Sequence record: NC_070966.1
DNA length: 64,000 bases
Reading direction: 5' to 3' (one strand)
This document shows positions 1 to 8,449 of this stretch, in pieces. The notes below the pieces were generated by a model. That model did not search any database. It worked only from the letters and a program-made list of their open reading frames with translations, and was not told the DNA's origin. The translations under genes were made by a program, and so were the position numbers. Numbering within the stretch: the first letter of the stretch is position 1; each line of letters starts with the position of its first letter.

Positions 1-18
1 GATCTTGATCAATTAGTT

Positions 19-957
19 ATGGAACTCTCGGATAATGAAATCCGTAAGGTTCTAAACAAGATGATCTCAAGATCTGAGGCTTCGAAGACTAATGACGTTA
101 TCAAGAGTGCTATCATTGCTCTTGGTCAGGCTAATGAGATCTCTGTCGATTATATTAACAAGATTCTCAGTCTGTACAAGTCAGTAGTTCCAACATCTAC
201 GATCAGTCTTGTTGATATCTTGAATCAGATTCCAGACGAGAATATCGTAAGTGGAGGGTCTGAGATTGTATTCAACTTCATAGATCTTGCTGCATTCCCT
301 GAACGTGATGTCATCTTACAGTCAGGTTCTGTCTCAGTAGGTACACCAGTTTCGACTAATCCTACTGATTATAAGTTCCTAGGCTACTTGAAGGTTCCAC
401 TTGAATTTGGGTCTGTTAATCTTGGATCTAAATATGAAAAGGATCAGAGACTTTACATTCGAAATATCATTCCTAACTGCTTCAGAATCATCTGTAATGC
501 TGATGCATTACAAGCGTACTATCGTTATGAGTTTACGATTTCTGATGCATTCTGGAAGATCGACACTATCAAACCTTCGACTAAACGATTTGAATACAAT
601 GTCGAATACGTAGCGAAGATTAAAGGTGTCAGCTTCAGAATGAAGATTGATAATATTCGTCATCCTGTAGCTCATAAGGATGGTGATCTGACTAAGCCTC
701 TGACTAAGGATACAATTATCCAACGTGATACGACAGTCTTGTCAGGTATGCTGGCTACACAAGCAGTAGTATCTGACTCTTCTGTTAGTAACTTGACTAA
801 GAATCTATCAGACGTTCTGACGGATGATGATATCACAATCATCAAAAGTACAGTGATGAAGAAGAAGGCAGATACTGCCAAGATGTCACTCACTAATGAC
901 TATATGCAACTCATCCTTGTCGGATGGCGTAAAGTCGAGCCTAAGTTCTCATTCTAA
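19..957 (+). CDS. hypothetical protein (312 aa)
   Basis: Long ORF with codon style like its neighbours; first gene of a tightly packed + strand run; no motif recognised. Confidence 0.8.
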   Translation: MELSDNEIRKVLNKMISRSEASKTNDVIKSAIIALGQANEISVDYINKILSLYKSVVPTSTISLVDILNQIPDENIVSGGSEIVFNFIDLAAFPERDVILQSGSVSVGTPVSTNPTDYKFLGYLKVPLEFGSVNLGSKYEKDQRLYIRNIIPNCFRIICNADALQAYYRYEFTISDAFWKIDTIKPSTKRFEYNVEYVAKIKGVSFRMKIDNIRHPVAHKDGDLTKPLTKDTIIQRDTTVLSGMLATQAVVSDSSVSNLTKNLSDVLTDDDITIIKSTVMKKKADTAKMSLTNDYMQLILVGWRKVEPKFSF

Positions 958-966
958 GGTGCAACC

Positions 967-1668
967 ATGCTTGTTTATTCTTACATCTTATACGGATGGG
1001 CACAATCCACTATCACAGGTGGAGATGGCAGTAGTGCTAAGCGTCTGACTCTGATCAGAAAGCTTAATCAGGAGTTCAATCTGCTACCCGACTCTCTCAG
1101 AGGGAAGGGTGGCAAGAATGACTTTGATACAGCTAGAGCATTGACGACATATCTATGTCAAATGTTGAAGGTACCTCCTATCAAGTTTCCTGATCCTGCT
1201 AGTTCTATCAAGTCTATGGATCAGGCTGTACTTGTTTCTGATAAACTCAGTATCGATGTCATCAACAAAGGTAGTCCTGTCTACTTTACGATGAGTAAAG
1301 TAATGCAGACGATTCAGAGTTCAGGTACAGATGCTCACAGAGCATATTTCTTGTCAGCTATCATCAATATGATGTTGGCAGGTAGTAGAATGTTCTTCAC
1401 ACTTGCAGCATCTCAAGGTAGTTATAACTACGATGAGTCGACTGCAATAACATCGTATATCAATCGATTTACGAAGATGAAGATCAGTACTTTTGGTAAG
1501 TCAATGACGTTCATGGAATTGAATTTCACTTCTATGACTGAACAGTTCAATAACTGCTACAGAGCTCTTGTCAGAGACTATCCGAATCTTCAAATAAGCG
1601 ATCCTAATGCGTTGATTGCATCAATTCGTCAGAATATCATTCTGTACCGTATGCAGGAGATCAAATGA
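967..1668 (+). CDS. hypothetical protein (233 aa)
   Basis: Long ORF, 9 nt after the previous stop, with an ATGA overlap with the next gene. Confidence 0.8.
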   Translation: MLVYSYILYGWAQSTITGGDGSSAKRLTLIRKLNQEFNLLPDSLRGKGGKNDFDTARALTTYLCQMLKVPPIKFPDPASSIKSMDQAVLVSDKLSIDVINKGSPVYFTMSKVMQTIQSSGTDAHRAYFLSAIINMMLAGSRMFFTLAASQGSYNYDESTAITSYINRFTKMKISTFGKSMTFMELNFTSMTEQFNNCYRALVRDYPNLQISDPNALIASIRQNIILYRMQEIK

Positions 1669-3080
1669 CTGAAACTATTTCATTGAATGAAGTAGATCAC
1701 TGGGTCGAGACTAATCTTGAGGTCGAGAGCATCGTTGATGCTCTCGGTCTTAGATACAAAGAGCCTGTTGAGAAGGACTATGGATACAGCTCAAAAGTTG
1801 AATTCACAGTAAATATCTCTCTGAACTCTGAAGGTCAAGATCTCATGATCATTGACGGTGGGTATTCATACAATAAACTCAAAATCCATGATCTACCTGA
1901 CAATGCTCCTGTTCAACTACAAGGTGCTACGAGAGCAGTATCAACAGATACTGACTTCAGACTGAAGACTCAGATTCCTATCCAGAATTATATTGAAGGA
2001 ATCCTTGATAAACTACCTAATTTGATCATCACTAAAGAAGACATTATCTTCTCGTCAATTTATGTATCCAATGTGACTGGATTCAAGACATTTGCTAACG
2101 ATATGAATCGATTCGAGACAATCGAAATCGACTCCAATCCTCAGGTGACATTATATGTTACTAAGGATCCTCTCGATCGTTACGTTTTAAGGTATAATCC
2201 TACGTTCATTTTGAAGACGATTATTCATGATTGGATCTTCAAGGCTACTGGATTCAAACTGATGGCCAAGTATGGTGGAGCAATGTCGACCTTTGCATAT
2301 ATGCTAGGTCATGAGATTCTTCACTATCGATTTGACCACTTCAATCCTGTTGTATCTGCAGCAATCGACTCCAAGTGTGTTGATGTAATTGCTCTTAAGA
2401 AAGCTGTCAATCCTAAAATGGCTAAATCGATCGTAAGATCGATGAGAACTGTTGCTGAAGAAATCATGGTTAATTCCTTGATGAGTCAGCTTATGGATAT
2501 GCCAGCAGTCGATAGTGGTCTAACGACAGGATCTAATGGATCAGAAGACTTTAGTTACAAGAATAAATATTATCTTGTGATTGAAGGTCGAAAGATGTAT
2601 TCTCAGGATCGCAAAGGTCGTACGACTTCTCATCTTCAGCCTTTAGATATTAATTCTGAAAAATTTAGTCGTAGAATAGCGTATAGTCTTAGTCTGACTA
2701 AGTATCAGGATGATGAACAGTACCCATATGGTAAAGTAATACTTAAACCAGGACATACTCATGTAGCTATACCTGTTGCAGGTAACTATGTGACATACCC
2801 TGATATTGTCTATCTGATGAATCTGTATGCTTCATTGACTACAGACGATTACTTCGGTAAGAAATATAAACCTAAGCCTCCGAAGATTGAGTATAAGATC
2901 GGTGATATTGTATCGACCTTCAATCATGAGATTTGCATCGTCTGTAATATAGTCAAAGCTAAAGGTGATGAACCTGACAACTTGACTCTTTCTAGACTGA
3001 GTGAACAACAGCTCGACGATCTACGTAATCGTAGAGTAACAATTGAACAACTCGTTGAGATAGGGAAGAAAGATGGCTAG
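1665..3080 (+). CDS. putative zinc metallopeptidase (HEXXH), DUF2201-N-like, partner of the downstream vWA protein
   Basis: AYMLGHEILHYRFDH motif followed by 'AEEIMVN', as in MoxR/vWA-associated metallopeptidase domains. Confidence 0.65.
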   Translation: MTETISLNEVDHWVETNLEVESIVDALGLRYKEPVEKDYGYSSKVEFTVNISLNSEGQDLMIIDGGYSYNKLKIHDLPDNAPVQLQGATRAVSTDTDFRLKTQIPIQNYIEGILDKLPNLIITKEDIIFSSIYVSNVTGFKTFANDMNRFETIEIDSNPQVTLYVTKDPLDRYVLRYNPTFILKTIIHDWIFKATGFKLMAKYGGAMSTFAYMLGHEILHYRFDHFNPVVSAAIDSKCVDVIALKKAVNPKMAKSIVRSMRTVAEEIMVNSLMSQLMDMPAVDSGLTTGSNGSEDFSYKNKYYLVIEGRKMYSQDRKGRTTSHLQPLDINSEKFSRRIAYSLSLTKYQDDEQYPYGKVILKPGHTHVAIPVAGNYVTYPDIVYLMNLYASLTTDDYFGKKYKPKPPKIEYKIGDIVSTFNHEICIVCNIVKAKGDEPDNLTLSRLSEQQLDDLRNRRVTIEQLVEIGKKDG

Positions 3081-4596
3081 ATTCGTTGTAAGTTCTGACG
3101 TTGTTAATCCGTACAAGGTTATCTATCACGATGAGATGCCTACAGATGATGGTGGAGATAAAGATCAAGAATATCAGGATGCTACTGATGAGTACAGTGG
3201 TGACGTAGTTAAATCTAAATCGCCTAAACTGAAACCTCCAGAAGAAGCTCCTATTCCTGGTATGGAGAATAAAAGACCTCAGACTCAAACGATTCTAGGG
3301 TCTAATAATCCTCCAGAAGAAGATCCTCCGCCACCTCCTCCTGGTCCAACTATGGATGAGCCTGACGATACTTCTGATCCATCTCAACCTCCTTCACCTG
3401 ATGCTCAATCATCTAATGATAAGACGACTCAGGATCTGTTGAATCAAAATCCTCCTACTCCTTCAGATGACTCTGATAGTGAATTTGATGACGATGATTT
3501 CGAAGATGGAGGAGACATTGAAGGGGATGATCCAGATGCTCTACCTGATCCTTCACGACCGTCTAATCGTAAGCCAGGTGATTCGTCTATAGATAGTAAT
3601 CCTGATGATACTGGATTTACTTATCCGACTTCTTTCGATGATCTCGAAGATAGTGACGGTGAAGCAGGTGAGAGTGGAGATATAGAGTCTGAAGATAGTG
3701 AACCTGATCCATTCGATGGTATGTCTGATGAAGAAATTCGTAAGGCTATTGAGAATGCTCAGGATGACATGTCAGATGATGTCAAAGATACTCAACAGCA
3801 GATCGATCAATCTAAAGAAGATCTAGCTTCTATGAAACGTGTCGGCAATGGTATGAGTGGAGGAGGTGCCTCTGGTATCAGTCTTCTATCTCGTGCTAGT
3901 GCTGAGAAATTCACTAATCTTATGAAGCCATTCGATCAGTGGATCCGAGATCTGAAAGGTAAAGCTGGTCAGAATCTTGTTTACAGTACTGATACTGTTT
4001 CAAGACGTGTCAAAGGACTATTCGGACGTGAGATCGACTCTGATAGTCACAAGGGTAAGGAACTGGACAAGGTTCTAGCTATTGTGTATGATACCTCAGG
4101 CTCGATGAACGCTAAGTTGATGACCAAAATCAGTAGTAGTCTGTTCTACAAATTGACTCGTGAAAAGATTGTCAAGTATATCTTGCCAATTCACTTCGAC
4201 GGTAGACTACCTACAAAATTCTATCGTGCTACTGAAGCTACTCCTGAGATCGAGAAGATGCTCAAGAATGGCTCGGGATCATATATCCAACCTGCTTATC
4301 GTCAGTTGGAGAAATTGATCCGTGAGAATAAAAGCAAGATGAAGGTATCAGGTATTGTTATCATCTCAGACTATGATATCTTCGATGCTGTAAAGCTACC
4401 AGACGATTTGTACAAAGAGTTGAAGGATATTCCGATCTTCTGCTTGCTAGTGGCAGACAGGAAACTGACTCCAACTAATACGTCATTAGCTACTAAGTAT
4501 AAGAATCAGTCTGGTCTAGATAGCAAGATGACTTTTGCTCTATTCGATGGATTGAACGTGAAAATGTTCATGAGAAACGGAAAAGTTTTGTCATGA
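3073..4596 (+). CDS. vWA-domain protein with a long acidic/Pro-rich N-terminal region
   Basis: MIDAS motif YDTSGSM, later 'IIISDYD'; N-terminal ~250 aa rich in D/E/P/S (low complexity). Confidence 0.75.
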   Translation: MARFVVSSDVVNPYKVIYHDEMPTDDGGDKDQEYQDATDEYSGDVVKSKSPKLKPPEEAPIPGMENKRPQTQTILGSNNPPEEDPPPPPPGPTMDEPDDTSDPSQPPSPDAQSSNDKTTQDLLNQNPPTPSDDSDSEFDDDDFEDGGDIEGDDPDALPDPSRPSNRKPGDSSIDSNPDDTGFTYPTSFDDLEDSDGEAGESGDIESEDSEPDPFDGMSDEEIRKAIENAQDDMSDDVKDTQQQIDQSKEDLASMKRVGNGMSGGGASGISLLSRASAEKFTNLMKPFDQWIRDLKGKAGQNLVYSTDTVSRRVKGLFGREIDSDSHKGKELDKVLAIVYDTSGSMNAKLMTKISSSLFYKLTREKIVKYILPIHFDGRLPTKFYRATEATPEIEKMLKNGSGSYIQPAYRQLEKLIRENKSKMKVSGIVIISDYDIFDAVKLPDDLYKELKDIPIFCLLVADRKLTPTNTSLATKYKNQSGLDSKMTFALFDGLNVKMFMRNGKVLS

Positions 4597-4598
4597 GA

Positions 4599-4626
4599 AG
4601 CGAAGAGGAGGGTGCATAGCCTTCCT
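4599..4626 (+). promoter_or_regulatory. conserved intergenic motif, copy 1 (AGCGAAG-N11-TAGCCTTCCT)
   Basis: AGCGAAG aggagggtgca TAGCCTTCCT just after a stop codon; same 11-nt spacing in six copies. Confidence 0.6.
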
Positions 4627-4635
4627 CTCTTGTCA

Positions 4636-4725
4636 GGAGAGGTGGCCGAGTGGTTGAAGGCACCTGACTACTAATCAGGCATACGAGCAATCGTATCGTG
4701 GGTTCGAAACCCACCCTCTCCGCCA
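4636..4725 (+). tRNA. tRNA-Ser(ACT)
   Basis: Acceptor GGAGAGG/CCTCTCC plus GCCA; anticodon arm CCTGA-CTACTAA-TCAGG; long variable arm; T loop TTCGAAA. Confidence 0.9.
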
Positions 4726-4747
4726 ATTATTAAGAATTGACTTACAT

Positions 4748-5170
4748 ATGTCTATTAGTTTGTATAACTACAAGATCAACGTCATTCGAGTTATCGATGG
4801 CGATACGATTTATGCAGAAATTGATCTAGGATTCAATATTCGCATCAAAGATTACATTCGATTTGATGGAGTTGATACTCCTGAGACTCGAGGATCGACA
4901 GCTACTGATTTAGGTCAGTGGGCTAAGATGTATACTAGTCTTTGGCTCAGAGGTCTTGAGGGACAATTTGATGAGTTGAAGACTCTGAATCTGGATGAGG
5001 CTTGGTCTAAAGTACCTCGTTCGGATACAGGTCCATGGCTTACTAATCTTTATCTGGATAGTAAATCATACAATGACCGTGAGAAATACGGTAGGATCCT
5101 CGGATATATCTATCGTAATGAAGCTCTATCTTTGAATACCAGACTGATTCAAGAAGGTCTCAAGAAGTAG
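4748..5170 (+). CDS. thermonuclease (SNase-like)
   Basis: VIRVIDGDT ... IRFDGVDTPE ... DREKYGRILG motifs. Confidence 0.85.
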   Translation: MSISLYNYKINVIRVIDGDTIYAEIDLGFNIRIKDYIRFDGVDTPETRGSTATDLGQWAKMYTSLWLRGLEGQFDELKTLNLDEAWSKVPRSDTGPWLTNLYLDSKSYNDREKYGRILGYIYRNEALSLNTRLIQEGLKK

Positions 5171-5263
5171 GAGAATTCTAATGGGTGACGATTCTAGCAT
5201 CATACTTTAACCTGTAGGTTCATACAGAAGAGGATCTCCTCTTTACCTACAGGTAAGGAGAGT

Positions 5264-5548
5264 ATGATGGATAAGTTCAATAGAGCAGTACGTAGACATC
5301 ATCGTAAACGTCTACGTGAAAATAGAAAGATTTACCATGGAGGACTCCAATGGGTGATCGATCGTGAGAAAGCTAAATCTTTCAGAGTAAATACTCCTAC
5401 GCCATGTTCATGTCATATGTGTGGCAATCCTCGTAAGTTCTTTAAAGAACTCACAATTCAGGAGCGTAAATTCGCCTTAGATTACGCGAAGTCGAGCTCC
5501 ATTAACCTTCCTTATTGTCAGGAGGAATTGTCCTCCGATGATTTCTGA
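5264..5548 (+). CDS. small basic hypothetical protein with a CSCHMC motif
   Basis: SD 'aaggagag' upstream; Arg/Lys-rich; PCSCHMCGNPRK. Confidence 0.7.
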   Translation: MMDKFNRAVRRHHRKRLRENRKIYHGGLQWVIDREKAKSFRVNTPTPCSCHMCGNPRKFFKELTIQERKFALDYAKSSSINLPYCQEELSSDDF

Positions 5549-5573
5549 ACCACTGAAAACTTATTCGGTTGGA

Positions 5574-5604
5574 TTCAGCGAAGTCAGGGTTGGTTAGCCT
5601 TCCT
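5574..5604 (+). promoter_or_regulatory. conserved intergenic motif, copy 2
   Basis: TTCAGCGAAG tcagggttggt TAGCCTTCCT. Confidence 0.6.
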
Positions 5605-5679
5605 TGTTACGAGGTCGAGGTTTTCGATCTTGAAGAATTCGATTTTTAGAGTACAAGTTTATAAAGAATCTCGTAATAT

Positions 5680-5756
5680 GTACGCTTAACTCAGCTGGAT
5701 AGAGTAGCGACCTTTTAAGTCGTTGGTCATCGGTTCAAGTCCGATAGCGTACACCA
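5680..5756 (+). tRNA. tRNA-Lys(TTT)
   Basis: GTACGCT/AGCGTAC-ACCA; anticodon loop CTTTTAA. Confidence 0.95.
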
Positions 5757-5798
5757 TATTGCATACATTAGAAGACATAGTTTTTAGAGTAAATTTTG

Positions 5799-5876
5799 AG
5801 TGGTGTGCCTGTACCTATGGTACAGAGTGCTCGGAGATCCTCAGGTAGTTGGCGACTTGAGGATCTCTGCTACACT
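5799..5876 (+). ncRNA. candidate small structured RNA (two hairpins in a closing stem)
   Basis: CTGTACC/GGTACAG and GAGATCCTCAGG/CTTGAGGATCTC hairpins, weak AGTG/CACT closure, between two tRNAs. Confidence 0.35.
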
Positions 5877-5883
5877 TTATGAC

Positions 5884-5961
5884 GGTCCTGTACGTTCAAT
5901 TGGATAGACGGCTGGATTTCTACTCCGGAGGTTGGGTGTTCGAGTCACTCCAGGATCGCCA
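5884..5961 (+). tRNA. tRNA-Arg(TCT)
   Basis: GGTCCTG/CAGGATC-GCCA; loop TTTCTAC. Confidence 0.92.
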
Positions 5962-5979
5962 TAAATTGTAGGTTATATT

Positions 5980-6618
5980 ATGGAATGCCCTTATTGTTCT
6001 AAGCTCTTTAAGAGTGAGAGATCAATGTCTGGACATAAGGGATTCTGTAAATCAGGACCCTATCGTGCAGATACGATTGATCGTAATGCAAAAGCTAAGT
6101 TTAAATTAAGAAAAGTCAGACAACCTAGAGGTGTCGACAAGAGGACTCTTCCTGCGTCTTGTAAATTCTGTGACCGAGAATTTGAAAATCTATTTCAGAA
6201 GAATGGTCATCAAGTTAGATGTGAGAAGAATCCTAATCCAGCTGAATCGTCAGGTCCAATAGGATATAAACACACTGAAAGTACTCGAAAGAAGCTCTCT
6301 GACGCTCGAAGAGCCTTCCTTATTGAGAACCCAGATAAGCAATTCTTCAATTATCGTGATTCTAAAGCAGAGCACGATCTTGCTAAGAAATTTGATGAAG
6401 TAGGTATCCTCTACGTAAGACAGTATCGAGGATCTGACTGGAAGAGAGCTTACAAGGCAGACTTCTATCTTCCAGAGTTTAATTACATCATTGAAGTTAA
6501 TGGTGAGTTCAAGTATGAGAACGGTAAGCTGCATCAGTATTACCTAAACCGACAGAGATATATTGAATCATTTGGATATAAAGTGATTCAAGTACACGCG
6601 TATGAAGTGTACGAGTAG
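5980..6618 (+). CDS. free-standing putative homing endonuclease: two Cys/His zinc fingers plus a DUF559/Vsr-like PD-(D/E)XK domain
   Basis: CPYC...H..FC and CKFC...H..RC repeats; 'YKADFYLPEFNYIIEVNGEF...QRYIESFGYKVIQV'. Confidence 0.75.
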   Translation: MECPYCSKLFKSERSMSGHKGFCKSGPYRADTIDRNAKAKFKLRKVRQPRGVDKRTLPASCKFCDREFENLFQKNGHQVRCEKNPNPAESSGPIGYKHTESTRKKLSDARRAFLIENPDKQFFNYRDSKAEHDLAKKFDEVGILYVRQYRGSDWKRAYKADFYLPEFNYIIEVNGEFKYENGKLHQYYLNRQRYIESFGYKVIQVHAYEVYE

Positions 6619-6635
6619 TTAAAGTACATCTTGGA

Positions 6636-6907
6636 CATAGCTAGTGAGTTGGTTCTTCGTGAGTCATATCGTTTCTCCTTTCGGTATGAGTGTATGACAA
6701 GCTATGAGTTCTGGCATTCTATCTACCTTTAATCCTTTTCTGTAGATAGAATAACGCACGCGTCAAGATGTTATCCTCGAAAGTCAGACAGAGGATCTCA
6801 GTTTTATAATCTAGATAACGATATGCCCGATCGTTATGTTCCAGTAAGATCAAGTCTTCCTCCCAGACGTCACTCATTCCCCTCTTGAGTTTATCTTAAC
6901 GCACGCG
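6636..6907 (+). ncRNA. candidate structured RNA with pyrimidine-rich loops and two TAACGCACGCG repeats
   Basis: Hairpins TCATATCG/CGGTATGA, ATTCTATCTAC/GTAGATAGAAT, ATAACGAT/ATCGTTAT, GTCT/AGAC, ACTCA/TGAGT; identical 11-mers at 6752-6762 and 6897-6907; no ORF. Confidence 0.5.
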
Positions 6908-6956
6908 CTAGATTATAGGTCTCTGAAAACTGGACAGGAGACCATCAGTTCACTAG

Positions 6957-7043
6957 GGAGTCAGAAGTATGTAATTCCTTGTCTTACCTGGAGGTCACAT
7001 GCGGGTGATCTCGGTTACTTTGAGGTTTACTACTTCTGACTCC
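6957..7043 (+). ncRNA. candidate rod-shaped small RNA
   Basis: 13-bp terminal stem GGAGTCAGAAGTA/TACTTCTGACTCC enclosing GTAATT/GGTTAC and GAGGTCAC/GTGATCTC stems. Confidence 0.5.
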
Positions 7044-7055
7044 TGCCGGATTTAT

Positions 7056-7131
7056 TCTAGGTTAGCCAAGTTGGTAAGGCACGAGTTTTTGGTGCTCGCA
7101 TACCTAGGTTCGAACCCTAGACCTAGAACCA
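7056..7131 (+). tRNA. tRNA-Gln(TTG)
   Basis: TCTAGGT/ACCTAGA-ACCA; arm CGAGT-TTTTGGT-GCTCG. Confidence 0.92.
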
Positions 7132-7176
7132 CTTTTTAGATGTTGATTAAGTTCCGTCTAACAATGAGAGAATACA

Positions 7177-7434
7177 ATGAGTAAAGCATCTGAAGTTATC
7201 AAGAAGCTGAATGAGACTAAACCTTCAGAAGATCTTCTGAAGAGCGAGGTCCAGGAAATTAAGCAGAAGATGATTAATCAAGGCATCGTCAGACCTGACT
7301 ATGCTGTTGAAAGATTTAGTCTGGTTAGTGATAGATTCAGAAATGTCTTGATACACGGTATTGTTCATGGAACAAATACTGCAGGATGGAGAGATCAGAT
7401 TAAAGATTTGAGATCTCAGAATTTGATTAGTTAG
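7177..7434 (+). CDS. hypothetical protein, MSKAS...NE N-terminal tag family
   Basis: N-terminus MSKASEVIKKLNE; its stop codon abuts tRNA-Gly. Confidence 0.7.
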   Translation: MSKASEVIKKLNETKPSEDLLKSEVQEIKQKMINQGIVRPDYAVERFSLVSDRFRNVLIHGIVHGTNTAGWRDQIKDLRSQNLIS

Positions 7435-7508
7435 CGGACGTAACTCAGAGGTAGAGTGCAATCCTTCCAAGTTTGAAGTCGTGGGTTCGATTCCCATCGT
7501 CCGCTCCA
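7434..7508 (+). tRNA. tRNA-Gly(TCC)
   Basis: GCGGACG/CGTCCGC-TCCA; loop CTTCCAA. Confidence 0.95.
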
Positions 7509-7509
7509 T

Positions 7510-7586
7510 GCATCCTTAGCTCAGTTGGTTAGAGCATCAGTTTTACATACTGAGGGTCACTAGTTCAAGTCTAGTAGGATGTACCA
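7510..7586 (+). tRNA. tRNA-Val(TAC)
   Basis: GCATCCT/AGGATGT-ACCA; loop TTTACAT. Confidence 0.95.
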
Positions 7587-7605
7587 GTTATATTAAACTA
7601 TTCGT

Positions 7606-7681
7606 GGGAGATTAGTTCAGTGGTTAGAACCGTCAGCTCATAACTGATTAAACAGAGGTTCGAATCCTCTATCTCCTACCA
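7606..7681 (+). tRNA. tRNA-Met or Ile2 (CAT)
   Basis: GGGAGAT/ATCTCCT-ACCA; loop CTCATAA; Met versus lysidine-Ile cannot be resolved by eye. Confidence 0.9.
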
Positions 7682-7684
7682 AGT

Positions 7685-7761
7685 ACCACCTTAACTCAGA
7701 TGGATAGAGTACTCGACCGATAATCGAGTTGTCATTGGTTCAAGTCCAATAGGTGGTACCA
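7685..7761 (+). tRNA. tRNA-Ile(GAT)
   Basis: ACCACCT/AGGTGGT-ACCA; loop CCGATAA. Confidence 0.93.
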
Positions 7762-7779
7762 ACTTTTATTGAGTAGATA

Positions 7780-8367
7780 ATGAAGTGCAGTTATTGTGAA
7801 ACTGAGTTTAGACATCTGAGTCGACATGTTAGATATTGTCCTCAGAATCCTGACAGAATTGTCAAGTTAAATCAGTTCTCTAAGGCTGAGTCATTAGGCT
7901 TACCTAAGCCGCCATTGTCTGAGAAATCTCGGAGAATGACTACTGAAAGAAATGCATCTCGAGTATGGACTCCAGAGATCAGATCTAAATTATCTAAGAG
8001 TATGATTAAGTACTTTAAAGATAATCCTGAAGCTCATCCGTACTTAAAGTATCATTCAAGTGGTGAATCATATGCTGAAGGATTCTTTCGAGAATTCTTT
8101 TTAAGTCATGATTTATCATTCAAACAAGAGTTGCAGGTTGGTCTCTATACACTTGACTTCGCATTTGAGGACAAGATGATTGATGTAGAGATCAACGGTA
8201 ACTTTCACTATAATAATCCTGGAATTGTTGAGAAAGATCAACGACGAAGACTCTTCTTGGAAGAGCGTGGATGGACTATTATAGAAGTTCGATGGTCTGA
8301 GTATAAGAAGATGAATGAGTCAGAGCGATCTGATTATCTGAATTCCTTATTATCTCAACTATCCTGA
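7780..8367 (+). CDS. free-standing putative homing endonuclease (zinc finger plus DUF559/Vsr-like domain)
   Basis: CSYC...H..YC; 'QVGLYTLDFAFEDKMIDVEINGNFH...DQRRRLFLEERGWTIIEV'. Confidence 0.8.
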   Translation: MKCSYCETEFRHLSRHVRYCPQNPDRIVKLNQFSKAESLGLPKPPLSEKSRRMTTERNASRVWTPEIRSKLSKSMIKYFKDNPEAHPYLKYHSSGESYAEGFFREFFLSHDLSFKQELQVGLYTLDFAFEDKMIDVEINGNFHYNNPGIVEKDQRRRLFLEERGWTIIEVRWSEYKKMNESERSDYLNSLLSQLS

Positions 8368-8443
8368 CGCGGGATGGCGCAGTCGGTAGCGCGCAAGAGT
8401 CATAATCTTGAGGTCGAGGATTCGAGTTCCTCTCCCGCAACCA
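8368..8443 (+). tRNA. tRNA-fMet-like (CAT)
   Basis: C1:A72 mismatch (CGCGGGA/TCCCGCA-ACCA); loop GTCATAA; anticodon stem CAAGA/TCTTG. Confidence 0.85.
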
Positions 8444-8449
8444 GTTTCA

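Noticed and set aside
4661-4680. Amber suppressor tRNA (CTA in the loop) and TAG recoding
   Set aside because: The CCTGA/TCAGG stem fixes the 7-nt loop CTACTAA, so the anticodon is ACT. Genes end normally at TAG (e.g. 3080, 5170, 6618) and long ORFs are intact in the standard code.
6311-6320. Extra copies of the bipartite motif (GAGCCTTCCT here; AAGCCTTCCT at 22480)
   Set aside because: Both are inside CDSs and lack AGCGAA at the 11-nt spacing.
7225-7509. Minus-strand 94-aa ORF, and likewise 15060-15362 (-) and 17937-18128 (-)
   Set aside because: These are antisense translations of tRNA genes (typical 'MGIEPTT' / 'GLEP' artefacts).
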